A stretch of DNA of 64,000 nt from Lophium mytilinum (GCA_010093605.1 MU004182.1:1-64000); one strand, 5' to 3'. Shown: positions 1 to 12,659, numbered from the stretch's first letter. The notes: generated by a model not told the origin, from the sequence alone. Translations and numbers: made by a program.

Positions 1-2029
1 TTCTTAATATTTTCTACCGCCGCATCTTTAAAATTAAGGTAGACTAATCTACTAAGACTAGTAAAGGGCTCTAGTAGAAAGCCTTTCTATAATAATTCTT
101 ATAATATACTTACCTTACTCTACTCTTAGAGAAATTATAATAGAATAAACCTATTAGTAGAATTAGCTATAATATAACTTAATTTTATCTACTAGATAGT
201 AAACTTACTAAAAGGCTTAACTGCTAGCTAAAAAGACACCTAAAATAAGCTAATTGCGGCTCTAATATAGCTAGAAAGCTGCTAACTATTATCTAGTAAG
301 TAAGAAACTAGCACGTAACTATTCTATAGGTAGCTAGATAAGTAGAAGTAATAGAAGTGCAGTAGTATAGAAGAAGAGGTTAGTATAAAAGTAAGAAAGT
401 TAAAGCTACTAGGCGGTGGATAAGTTTATAGGCGGCCGGGCTAATAGCCGCCGGCTGCTAAGATACTAAGCCTTTAATAGTAAACTACTTAAGTTAACTC
501 TTAAGATTAATATAATAGCTATATATTATATAAGGTTAAAATATTATAGGTATAAATATATTAGCGTTTTACTTAATTTTACTAATATATAAATATTTAC
601 AGTTAATCTATAATACTATACTATATATTACCTAGTTCTAGTAATATAGTACTGCGCTAAGATAGGTTAATAGAATATTACGCGTTATTATATAACTATT
701 TACCTATAGTATAAGGGTTTTACTAGAAAGCCTTTCTACTAGAACCCTTTACTACTTATATTAAGCACGCCTATTATTACCTCTCTTCTTATATATATTA
801 CTACTATATACCTACTAGATAAGTATTTACGTACTATATAAGAGCCTAGCTAAAAGCCTTTCTACTAATGCTTTTTATATCTTATACTAATTACTTTACT
901 ACCTTTCTTATTAATAATTCTTCTTTATAACACCGCCTCTACTAGTCTATCTATTAACGCTTAAATCTATATACTTCTTAGAACTCTTCTACTTAAGCTT
1001 TATTCTTCTAGGCCTCTTACCCTAAGTCCTTTAAGTCCTCTATTTCTAAGCTATAGTTACCTAAACTCTCTTTATACTTATACTTTTTATCTAATAACTA
1101 ACTACTTATATCCCCCTTTTACTTCTTCTATATTGCTAAATAATTCTAAAATTCTTTAATTATTAGAATCCTGCCTAAATAAGCCCTTAGGCTATTTAGT
1201 ATATAGTACTTAAACCTAAGCTAGATATATTTTAGATTAACTTAACCCCTAGGGCCTATAATATTATCCTCTATTATTATTATCTTTAACTTTTCTAGGC
1301 TTTTCTAGGTTATATTCTATACTTCCTTTACAACTACATCTATACTAAGATTAACTGCCCCCCCTTAAGCCTGTTCTTTAATATATTAGCTTAGTTAGGC
1401 TATCTTATAGTAGTAGCTATTTAGTAGTTATATATAGATCTACTATATATTTATAATTATATCTCTTCCCTTAATATTATCTTATATATCTTTAGAGTTA
1501 TTTTATTTAGCTTAATACGTGGTTAAAATTTTATTATTATTATATCTTAAAAGAACCTAGAGTAATAAGGCAGCTCTTACTTATAGATTATTAAGAAATT
1601 ATTCTACTATTTTTAGTAACGCTTTATTTCTAATTATTACATTTAATCTTTATAATTTTATGCGGAAGAAACTATTATTCTATTTTTAAGTTTCTGTAGC
1701 TAGATCTATAATATTAAATAGTAGCTAGACTTAATTAATCTAGCGTCTAGTTAAGTACCTTAGATAATTTATATTACTATTTCTAGCTATATTCTATATA
1801 TAGGTGTAGCTTACTATAAGTTTTAACTTTCTATATAGCTTTATAAGTATATTAGAATAAAGCGTAACTATAGATCTATTTAGAATACTCTTAAGAAATT
1901 AGTTGCGTAGTTCTTTACTCTTCTATTATATCTTAGTATTTCTATCTTCTTCTATATACTGTCTACTTAGAAGCTTATATATATTAGTATAGTATGCCTT
2001 AATAATAAGCGCAGCTACCTTACCTATCT

Positions 2030-2550
2030 ATAGTAGTGCTAATTACTAATCTTTTTATACTTTAGTTCTATTTTTATATTAAATAGCTAGCGTATACTAT
2101 ACTATAATACTATACTATAGATACCGCATCTCTATATTCTCTCTAGTAAGAGATACCTAGATCTAAGCTTTAGTAAATATAGCTTAGAATTAATTCCTAA
2201 GGCCGGCTTATAGTTAATTAACGCCTTAAGGGCTAAGTTATAGAGGCGTTATTATTTAATCTAAGTACTCTAACTTTAGCTAAGCTATACTATACTTCTT
2301 AAGAAAGTCTAATAACCTAAGGCTATATAAGGTTATAGAATTCTAGAAGTCTTTTTAATTTATCTACTCTTTTTTCTATAGTATAGATAATTAAGTAGAA
2401 TTACTATATCTAGTAGTAATTTATATAAGGCGGATATAAAGAAATACTAAATAACTATTTACTAGCTATTTATCTAGTATTACTACATGCCTAGTATTAC
2501 GCCCGGGGGTAACCTAAAGAGATAGTACCTAGAAAAGAAATACCTAGTAA
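2030..2550 (-). pseudogene. possible Ty3/Gypsy RT-RNaseH remnant (RIP-mutated)
   Basis: By-eye de-RIP of the minus strand gives SFLG-like (~2530), DAS..ALGA-like (~2220-2250), RY...ERE-like (~2140) and DHxALL-like (~2035-2060) motifs in the expected order. Heavily mutated, so tentative. Confidence 0.35.
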
Positions 2551-3984
2551 TTAAGGTTTATAATAGTAAAGGCATTAACTTCTTCTATAGAAAGAACCTA
2601 GTAGGGGTAATAAAGCTTACTACTATTATCTAGCCTATTCTTTATAGTAAATTCAGGACTTACGCTTTCTTTAAGTTGCTTAAGTATAGTAAGAAGTACT
2701 TAGAACTTAGTTTAAACCCTATAAAATAAGTATCTATCTCTCTAGAGTATAGTATAGTAGCGTTAGAGAATAGTAGTAAGACTATTCTAAAGCTATTTTC
2801 TTTTTAATAATTCTCTAGAGCTATCTACCGCTTTAAACTACCGCTTAATTATTTTAGTTAAAAATATAAGAGCTTCTAGTTAAGTATTATAAAAGGGCGT
2901 AATATTCTTAATAGATAACTTAAGTATAATCTTATTACTATTATAGATTTTATTATATACTATACTACTAATATAGCTATAGTTACCTACTTAGAGCTCT
3001 ACTATTAGAGATAACGCGCTCTAGGTAAGATAGTAGGGGTATAATATTATATAAATCTTTTCTTTTCCGCTATTATAGAAGTAAGTAGCCTAGTAGTTAT
3101 TATAGCTAGTTTTACATAGAAGGGTAACCCTAGTATCTAGCTAATTAGTAGTTAGAATATCTTTATATCTATAGTTAACCTATATCCCCTTATCTAGTAT
3201 ATTAATTAGGTTTTTATTAAAAGTAGTAGTTAAAGTATATAGTAGCTAATCTCTACTTTAAATTATACTTAAGGATTTATATACTATTTTTAAATTATAA
3301 CCTAAGACTACTAGAAATACTCCTTTAAATAAATCTTTAGGTATAGTATCTATTTCTATAAAGTTTTCTGCGTTATAAAGAACTTAGTTCTAGAATTCTT
3401 AAAGTTAATACTATAGAATTATATACTTAGTATTAATATAAGAGTCTCTAGATAATATTATATATTTTTCTTTCTTAATACTTACTTTACCCTATATAAT
3501 ATTAAAACTATATAGTATATACTACTACTTATTAGGTATTAGAGTATACTTTACTACAGGTAAGATAATATTATTAAGCTAAGCTACTTATATTATATCT
3601 AGTAGATATAAAGTATTACCCTTCTACTTATTTAGTATTAGCATCTAGGGGAAAAATATATAAGTTTTAAATTAATACTTATATCTATACTCTATATAAA
3701 GCTACTTTATTATATAGAGCTTATAGCCGCGTATTATAATATATTAGTTTTAAGTAATGCTTTAGAGAAAGAATAGTTATAGAGATAGTAAAAAGTATAA
3801 ATTATAGGCCGCTAAAGTAGAGATGCTAATAATAACGCTATTAATATTATATACTTGCTAGATTTTAATCTCTTTATTTACTATAAAGCTAGCTTTAAAC
3901 CTTATAAAACTAAGCCTTAGAGTTTCTATATTACTAGTTTCTCTACTTAATATTAATTTCTATAGAATATTATTAAAGTTATTA

Positions 3985-4416
3985 NNNNNNNNNNNNNNNN
4001 NNNNNNNNNNNNNNNNNNNNNNNNNNNNNNNNNNNNNNNNNNNNNNNNNNNNNNNNNNNNNNNNNNNNNNNNNNNNNNNNNNNNNNNNNNNNNNNNNNNN
4101 NNNNNNNNNNNNNNNNNNNNNNNNNNNNNNNNNNNNNNNNNNNNNNNNNNNNNNNNNNNNNNNNNNNNNNNNNNNNNNNNNNNNNNNNNNNNNNNNNNNN
4201 NNNNNNNNNNNNNNNNNNNNNNNNNNNNNNNNNNNNNNNNNNNNNNNNNNNNNNNNNNNNNNNNNNNNNNNNNNNNNNNNNNNNNNNNNNNNNNNNNNNN
4301 NNNNNNNNNNNNNNNNNNNNNNNNNNNNNNNNNNNNNNNNNNNNNNNNNNNNNNNNNNNNNNNNNNNNNNNNNNNNNNNNNNNNNNNNNNNNNNNNNNNN
4401 NNNNNNNNNNNNNNNN
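3985..4416. other. assembly gap (N run)
   Basis: Run of N. Confidence 1.
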
Positions 4417-6222
4417 CGCTAGTTATATAAACTAACTTATATTAGCTAGCATTTTCTTCTTATCTATTTATTCTATAGTATTTATTCTAGAGAGTACTTC
4501 TATAGCCTTATTTTATTACGCTAAGAATAATTCTACTATAATCTTTTTATTAGTTATTTATATAAGTATATAGAGTAGTAATATAGTAATAAAGGCTAGT
4601 ATTTAGTATTATATTATTAGTTCTAGTTATATAGAAGTAGAAGCCGCTATAGTTTATTAAGTGCGTAAACTTATATATAGTATTATAGCTATCTATAGAG
4701 TATTCTAGAGGGTAAGAATAGTATATATACCTATATATATATATATAGTATAGCTATAGGTTTAAGAAATACTTTATAGAGATAGTATATAGCGGGTAGA
4801 ACCTAGCCTAAAGCTCTATTATTATTATTTATAGCTTACTAAGGTATCTCTATACTAGAAGGTAGTAATAGAGAGGGTAACACCTCTCTAGTATCTAGAG
4901 GCGGTAGTAACGCAGGTATATAAGAAGATAACGCGGAAGATATAGGTAATAGTAACTCTAATACTACCTCTTCTACTTCTTTATCTACTTAGGCTACTTC
5001 TTTATTTACTTTACTTTCTTTAGCCGCTTCTTCTTCTTCTTTAACTACTGCTCTCTTAATAGTCTATATAATAGTATACTTACTACTATTACTTTAATCT
5101 TACTTTATAGCTTCTATTAATTCTATATTACTTTAAATTTTAGGTATATATTAGGCTACTCTTAACTTACTAGAGTATATACTACTACTAGTAGACTACT
5201 AGGTATAAGAAAGTTATATTAGTTAAGTAGGTTAAGAGGTTAAAGGAGTAAGAGAATAAGTACTACTATAAGTAGCCCGCCCTAGAGTAGAATATTAGGT
5301 AGGTTTAGTAGATAGAGGAGGAGTAGTAGAATAAATACTACTATAGATAGACTACTATAGAGAAGTATATTATATAGGTTATATAGGTTAGATAGATAGA
5401 GAAGAAATAGTAGAATAGGTACTACTATAAGTAGACTACTGCGGAGAAGTATATTATATAGATTAAGTAGAGGTAGAAGGTAATAATTCTTCTATTAAGA
5501 CGGGTTCTACTTAAGTTTATTAGAACCTAACTATAAATACTAGAAGATTATAAAAGATATACTAATTATAAGTTATATAATAGTTTTCTCTAAAGGCTTC
5601 TAAGGTATAATTAGTTATTAAAAGGGCGTAGGCGCAGAGCGGGTAGAATAAGAGGCCCTAATATTTATACTAGAAAGACCTCTAGGGTTTTTAAAGATAA
5701 TTAGAAATAGATCTAGAATAGAAGTAGAAGTAGGCTTACTAGCCTCTTCTACTATAGCTATTTAGTCTATAGCCCTCTTCTTTTTATTTCTCTTATATTA
5801 GTTTAAATCTACTATTAAATGTAATTTAGCTGCTTTTTACTTTTCTTTATTCTAGTACTTTTAGGGGCATTCTATACTAACTACTAGGTATAGTAGTAAG
5901 GGGGATAATAGTTTAAAATATAGAGCTAAGAAGCAGAAAGTAGTTAGAAAGTATAATTAGTTAAAAATAAGAATTTATTAATATTCTTATTATAGGGCTT
6001 ACTCTACCTAATCTATTTTAACACCCCTTACGGATACGGCCACTTAGTTAAGGTTATTAGAAAAGGGCCCTAGTAGAAAGGCTTTCTATAGTAGCTCTAT
6101 TAATTACTTTATCTATAAATATTATATAAACTATATTCTACCCTTTACTTTATATATTTTATTTAATACGGCTAAAATTTCTATTATATAAGAATACTAT
6201 CTAGTAGTAACCTATACTAAGG

Positions 6223-6367
6223 NNNNNNNNNNNNNNNNNNNNNNNNNNNNNNNNNNNNNNNNNNNNNNNNNNNNNNNNNNNNNNNNNNNNNNNNNNNNNN
6301 NNNNNNNNNNNNNNNNNNNNNNNNNNNNNNNNNNNNNNNNNNNNNNNNNNNNNNNNNNNNNNNNNNN
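6223..6367. other. assembly gap (N run)
   Basis: Run of N. Confidence 1.
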
Positions 6368-6925
6368 CTAGAGCTATAACTATAGCCTATAAAATATTTC
6401 TAAATTACTAGAATACTATTATATTATATAATAAGTAATTTTCCTTATAAATATTTTTAACCTTATATTATAGTAGTTCTATGCAGCGCTAGTTAAGGTC
6501 TTTATTAAGTATAAGGCTAGCATTATACTAAACTCTTTAAGTAACTTCTATTATTTAGAATTTTACCTCTATATATAACTGCTACTACTACTACAGCCTA
6601 TATATTAATTCTAAGTTTAATAGATTATAATTATATTATATATTATATATAATTCTTTATATATTTCTTCTATACTATATTATAGTAGTTATATATAGTA
6701 GTAGTTATACTAATTCTTAAGTATAAGGCTATTCTTACGCTAAACCCTTTAAGTAATTTCTATTCTATGCCTATACACCCTGCGGCCTCTCTATATCTAC
6801 CTTAAGCTACTACTATAGCTTATAAATTAAATTAAAGTTAATAGAACGCTATTATATTATATTTTAAGTATTATTCTTTATATATATACTCTATTTTATA
6901 TTATAGTAGTTAAATATAGTAGTAT
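6368..6925. repeat. degenerate tandem repeat, ~212-221 bp unit, ~2.6 copies visible
   Basis: TATATTATAGTAGTT at 6464, 6676 and 6897; TAAGTATAAGGCTA...CTAAAC(T/C)CTTTAAGTAA in the first two units. Confidence 0.7.
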
Positions 6926-8366
6926 AAGGTTATACTACATATAATTCTTAAAGGTTAATTTTCTCTATATTAAACTTACTTCTCCCTATCTAACTCTAAC
7001 CCTCTAGCCTCTATAATTTAGGCCCTTTAGAAGTAGCCGGGCGCTTTCTATTTTATACTATATTTTTTATAGTTTTTTTTACCTTTCTATTCTATTTCTT
7101 TCTATTTAATAAGGGTTCTTCTATATAGTTCTTATTCTTATAGTTAGGCTTATTATTATTAATACTAAGAATTATCTTATCTAGGCTCTAATTATCTATT
7201 TTATTATATCTATAGTAAATTCTATTTATATAGATTAGATAAGAACCCCCCTTAACTATAGCATGCCTAGAAGCTAGAGGGGGGGCGGGTATAGATAAGA
7301 TTACCCGTAAAATAAGGTAAGAATCTCTATCTAGAGTGCCCTATAGCGGCGGCTTACTATTTAGATAGTTAAAGAATATTATATTATTAATAACTTTCTT
7401 CTCTATCTACTCTTTTTTCTCTTTATTATATCTTATAGAGTACTCTATCTTATTAGAAGGCTTTATAGCTTTAGTAGTATTATCTACTATATTCTTATTA
7501 TTCTTATCTAGCTTTTAAAGCTCTATATAGTTATATTATAATATTAAAATTAATAAAATTAGTAAGAATTTCTATAATAAATACACCTATATAGGCGCGT
7601 TAAGGGCGCAGTTTTCTACTATTAATTAATAATATATTCTTATAGCTAACTAATTAAAAATATACTAGATATAATACGCGTATATATAGCTATTAATTTA
7701 TTATATTAGATTAAAGTTATAATAATTATTAGTAGAGTTATAATTTTTTATATAGAGCTATTTTAATATAGCTATATTTTAATTTTATAAAGTTTATAAT
7801 ATAGATAAGTAAGTATATAATTAATTAGCCTATATAATCGGCCTGCCCGGATCTAAACTAGGTCCGGGCAGCAGGCGTATTCTAGATAATAGTATACTAG
7901 TATATATATAAAGCTTATATTTTACTTTCTATTACTAAATTATAACTTTAAATACCTAAAAGGCTAGAGAGAGAGGCTAAAAAATTAGGTTAAGAATAAA
8001 GAGACGGCGCTAGATATAGAGTATATAGTTCTTTTAAAGTAGAAAATAATATAAGGGGTAAATGCTATAGTACTCTTTAATAACCTAGGCTAATAGAAGC
8101 TAACTTATTACTTTAAGTTACTTAAGGTATTTATAAGATTTATAATATTTCTTATTAAGTCTTTAAGGCTTATAAAGTAGATATATAATAAGGCTTATCT
8201 TATTTTATAGTTAAAATAATTATATACTAGATTATATTAAGTTTTTAAAGTAAAACCGGCTGGATAATAATGTTGAGCAGAGAGACGGTGTTGGCAGAAG
8301 CCGTTCAAGATAAGAGCGGTAAACGAGCGTCAAAACAGTGGTAGAACCTTTGAAAAACCTTCCCAA

Positions 8367-9473
8367 TCACAACTTCGCCTGCTCCGCGACCCTCTCAAAC
8401 TTGAAAATTCTAGGCCGATTACTGATTGTCTTGATATGAATATTGAGCGGCCCGTTGGCTGCCGCCCTGTCATGCGTCTTGAAGTAAAGCCTGTACGCTC
8501 CGTCCGTTTCCTCCCAGCCTGTCGACGCATTCGCGGGCGACGGGTCCTTTGACAAGCAAACCCTCCCAGCGCTAGAGTCTAGACTCTCAGGCGCACACAT
8601 GCACAATTTCTGGTCTTCCAGCACTGTCTCGAAATTGATCCCCCCATCTGCAGCGTTCTGGCGGACGGTGAAGACTAGTGATTTCTCTGGCTTGCTTCTC
8701 ATGTCCATGGTGAGGTGGTAGCCGGTACTCCGATGGTACGGGACGAGAGGGTACCAATCCGGCTCACCAGCAAGCCCGGCAGTCATGGTAACTCGGTCGC
8801 CTTTCTCGAGCTGCACGCCATCGATTGCCTTGGGGCGAGCCTCCCAGCTGAAGGGCGCAGGAGGCGGGATGTACTTGACTAGGGAGAACCGGATAGACTC
8901 ATTGTCCTGCACTCCATCTGCGCGAAGGAGGCCGTTATCGACCCAACTGTTGTCGGTTCGGACGGTGTGCGGCTTGTGAGATTCAAAATGCAGCGCATAG
9001 CCGTCACTGGTAGGTTTCCATCCAGTACTGTAGGACCGTTGGGAGAGGGACCTTTGGAATGTGACCCATTGGCCGACGTTGGTCAGCTGCCTGTTGTAGC
9101 CGCCAATCGAGGTTTCGAGTGAAATCGTGTTGTCAGGCGTCTTCTTGACGGTGAATATGACGGCTTTCTTGTGGTCCCACACCTCTTCCGCTGGCAGCTC
9201 GTAGAATTTGGCAACCTCCACCTTGTCCTTCCATTCCCAGCCGATATAGCCGGTGGCATGTTTGTTTCCTCCCGTTGGCGAATCATCTATCATCCATCGC
9301 CTACCAGCTAATAGAACCTGATCGCCATCTTCAATCTGCTTGTCGCTATGGTTGACAGGGCGGGCGTCCCAATTGAATCGCGCACCGCCGCTGGCGTTGT
9401 TTTTAGCAATCTGATAATTGAAGCCGGTCAAGAGGTTTAAACCAAAGTCGAAGGCTCCACCAAGAAGACCCAT
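8367..9473 (-). CDS. hypothetical protein, 368 aa, two tandem ~160-175-aa homologous domains, intronless
   Basis: Long ORF from ATG 9473 (MGLLGGAFDF). TATAAA ~70 bp upstream. Internal repeats FNWDARP/FSWEARP, VIFTVKK/LVFTVRQ, STGWKPT/STGWEET. Confidence 0.85.
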   Translation of the reverse strand: MGLLGGAFDFGLNLLTGFNYQIAKNNASGGARFNWDARPVNHSDKQIEDGDQVLLAGRRWMIDDSPTGGNKHATGYIGWEWKDKVEVAKFYELPAEEVWDHKKAVIFTVKKTPDNTISLETSIGGYNRQLTNVGQWVTFQRSLSQRSYSTGWKPTSDGYALHFESHKPHTVRTDNSWVDNGLLRADGVQDNESIRFSLVKYIPPPAPFSWEARPKAIDGVQLEKGDRVTMTAGLAGEPDWYPLVPYHRSTGYHLTMDMRSKPEKSLVFTVRQNAADGGINFETVLEDQKLCMCAPESLDSSAGRVCLSKDPSPANASTGWEETDGAYRLYFKTHDRAAANGPLNIHIKTISNRPRIFKFERVAEQAKL

Positions 9474-10707
9474 GTTTATGGTTGAAGTGGTGATTTGATG
9501 GCGTGTGGAGAACTCGACAGGACAAGAATCAGGGGTTATCTTTATAGATAGATCTGCTAGTACACACCCGTCAAGACTCTTCGCGGCCAAAGGTATGACG
9601 CTGAAAACGAAGGTGGCAAGACTCGAACGACAGCTAGACTCGTCGACTATTGCAGGACTGTAATATAGAAAGAGCTAGTTCCGTGAATGTGCATCCATAT
9701 GTTACTAAAGTTCGAAGTCTCGCAGTAACCCAGTTGTGTCGTCTACAGAGGGTCGTGCTAGACCTTGTAACCATATCAGACTTCTATTAAATTAGTTAAG
9801 TCAATATCGTTCCATAAGCTAGTCTTTCAAGGGCGTTAACTTGAACATCTTTTTAATCGTACGAAGGCTGTGTCCCCCTGAACGCGACCGCTTTACCATT
9901 TCTGAATCTTGAATCGATTCATCCGAAGTTTGTGGTACTGCGTAGCTCTCCTAACTTAGAAGCAGACTGGTACGATGAGACCTTTGTACTAACCTTCAGT
10001 TGTACAAGATCTCGCCCGTACCACCCGACGCGCCGATGAGACTCTACGAGCCCCTCGGGAAGGATGGGCGGCCGTTGCATCATACGTTACGTGGCATTTG
10101 CAGCAACCGAGCCGAGTTTCTCGGGCGCTTTGATGACGTGAAGACGGCTGCGGCATATGATAGAGTCGATGGAAGTACACGGCGAGGATTTAGTCTCTCC
10201 TATACTTTGCGCGAAGGCTTTCCGCACTCTCCTGTCTAGCATATGCGGTAGTATTTCCAGAGCGCCGATCATCCCTGTGATCACTGTGGGGACTGTGGGG
10301 TTGAAGAATTCCTTCGTTGACATACGCTAAACCTTCCACAGCCGGTTTTCAGCGTACTACTTACGTATATTGTGTCCTTGGACAATGCTAGCTTTTTCCC
10401 CATCCGGTCAATCATATCTGAATCCGAACAGGTCTGCTTCCGTCTTGCTTGGCGTTACCTACGTAGTTACAGTTGTCCTATTGCTTCTCCCTTGTGGGGT
10501 ACAGCTCCAAGAATCGCAGGATGTATCGACAAGCCCAGCACTTGACTTCCTTGACATTGGGTGTACCGTAAGCCATTTGCGCAACTGGCCAGGGTTCCCC
10601 TCGCTATCGTTGTATCAAGATTATCAAGGCGACGAAGCGGGCATCTGTGGCACACCGGCGACCGTTGACCTTGGACAGCGCCAACGAAAACACTGGTGAA
10701 AGTTTCT

Positions 10708-11976
10708 CTAGACTTCCATGGAGCGTTGACCAGCCTTCCAACCACCAACAACCTCCTCCCTCCACGTCTTATCTTTCAGAATCCATCTGACCCTTGCTTC
10801 CAACCACTCCGTATTTCCCCAGAACCCCCAACTCGCCTGGAACCGCAACCAATCCACGAGCGCAGTCTCCCAGTGCTTTACAAAAACGCTCCAATCATAC
10901 TCTTTCCTGCTCACTTCTTTCAGACGCACTATATATCGTTTCAGGAGCGCCTTCTCTCCCGACTGCATAGCCAGTTCCTGTCCAAACCCTGTGCCTGAGG
11001 ATGTGACTAAGAGGCCCAGAGGGACAGAACAAGTAAACAGCTTCGCCAAATCGCAGACGCCGAGCCCGAGTCCGACGTACTGAAAATCGTAGAAAGCGAC
11101 TTCCTCGCCCGAGACGCTTGTGAACAGATTCTCGCTCTTCACGTCTCCATGTATCAACGTCTGATACTCTTCCGTCGGGCTCCAGCCCCATGCCCTTGGC
11201 GCTAAGACATCGGCGACGATTTCGGAAAGGGAGAGTGTGTCTTCGAGCGGCTCTGTCAAAGGCTTGTTCCATTCTGAATCGGGGTCTGAAGCGAGTGCGT
11301 CGTATTCCCTCCGCCGCGTCGCGAGGTAGGTGTAGCCCCCGTTCAACCACACGCCCTTCCCCCTTCCATCTTTCGAATCGAGATTTGCCTCGTCAAGCGG
11401 TGGACGCACGAATGATCGACGATCCATGCCTTTTACCTGTGGCCACCAGGAGCCGTGAAAGCCGGAGAGCCAGTCCAGCGCGGCGTGGACTTGGGGTTGG
11501 GTCAGCTGTGCTCGCTTTTCGCCTGCTACTGGATATCGCTGACGGAGGTCGTTGAGCATCATGGCTGTTGTAGAGGTTCCGTCGGTATGATGCTGGTTTA
11601 TGCTTGAATGACAGTTGGCTACAGGGATGGAGGAGGGGAGACGCGGGGCCAGCTCTGAGTAGAAGTACTGCTCGACCTGGTAGCTGAGAATCTTGCGTAA
11701 GTGGCCCTCGTCGTTGGATTTTGTCGGTGGAGGCGTGATGAGTTTCAGGATGAAGGACTGGACTTCCTGAGGCGTGGAAACGTTGGAATTCGTAGTAGAT
11801 GCCGATCGAGAGGTTTCGGCGGAGGAATTCAGGGATGAATTGGGGGAGGCGGTCACATGACAAATTTGGCCGTATCCAGCCCACAGAGATTGGAATACTT
11901 TGAGTGATTGGAGTTGCAGCCCTTGTGAGGCTAGGAGAGAAGAAGCCACGGATGAAAGGGAAGGCGGCGGAGACAT
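10708..11976 (-). CDS. choline/aminoglycoside-kinase-like (ecdysteroid kinase-like) phosphotransferase
   Basis: SLWAGYG, SYQVEQYFY, HGDVKSEN (Brenner motif), YDFQYVG, DLAKL. An upstream in-frame ATG at 12081 would add a hydrophobic leader. Confidence 0.88.
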   Translation of the reverse strand: MSPPPSLSSVASSLLASQGLQLQSLKVFQSLWAGYGQICHVTASPNSSLNSSAETSRSASTTNSNVSTPQEVQSFILKLITPPPTKSNDEGHLRKILSYQVEQYFYSELAPRLPSSIPVANCHSSINQHHTDGTSTTAMMLNDLRQRYPVAGEKRAQLTQPQVHAALDWLSGFHGSWWPQVKGMDRRSFVRPPLDEANLDSKDGRGKGVWLNGGYTYLATRRREYDALASDPDSEWNKPLTEPLEDTLSLSEIVADVLAPRAWGWSPTEEYQTLIHGDVKSENLFTSVSGEEVAFYDFQYVGLGLGVCDLAKLFTCSVPLGLLVTSSGTGFGQELAMQSGEKALLKRYIVRLKEVSRKEYDWSVFVKHWETALVDWLRFQASWGFWGNTEWLEARVRWILKDKTWREEVVGGWKAGQRSMEV

Positions 11977-12659
11977 GTCGGGGTCTGAATGGACGAGCGC
12001 ACGAGAGATGAAAACTGGAAGAAAAACGAACAAACACAGACCTAGAGCAACTTTGCAGCGTGTAGTGAGGGAGTGAAGCATTGGACATGAACAGTACAAG
12101 CCGATAGAGGCGGCGGTGTTGAGATGAGACGCCCCACAGGCCCCACTTTCGCTAGCGTGAAACCTTTTAACGTCGCTTCATTCTCTTTCATCCGGAATTT
12201 CACTCTTTTACACCCACTGGGTGAGAAATGGTCAAACCATCGGAAACTATCTCAGCCTTGGCATGGACCGAAACATATCTTCTTAACAAATTACACTAAC
12301 AGGGTATCGGAGTAACACGATTAAGGTGGTTGCGGCTTTAGGGACGTCGGTAGTGGGATGGATTCTTTCGTATACGCGGTTGCTCTTTGTTTCGAGGGCG
12401 TGTTCGGGTTTAGAGACAAGGATAGCGTAGTGAGCCTAGAATCTATCGTTCATAGAAGAGCAATGCCAAGTGTGAAGCGCACGTGATTGAGGCTCTTTCT
12501 GTTACCTTGTTTCAGCACATAATTTCTTTACAGTCTCAAATAGAACAACTCTCATTTCTCCTTTACATCCGTCAATAGTTTCGAAAAAGGCGATTCTCAC
12601 AGTATCACATGACCAGTCCCGTCTACACATAAAAAATCTCATTTCTCTCTATTCTCCCC

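Larger units (their letters stand above)
1..8260. mobile_element. RIP-degenerated repeat/transposon block (AT-rich), interrupted by assembly gaps
   Basis: Very AT-rich, TpA/TAG saturated, CpA/TpG almost absent, CpG and GGGG/CCCC islands survive; no ORF >=60 aa. Classic repeat-induced point mutation signature, with an abrupt switch to normal composition near 8260. Confidence 0.9.

Noticed and set aside
1341..1370. G-run on the minus strand as an LTR polypurine tract
   Set aside because: Too close to the putative RNaseH to leave room for an integrase; no LTR pair delimited.
9960..10700. Short overlapping ORFs that might be a gene remnant
   Set aside because: No recognisable motif or consistent frame; cannot be supported.
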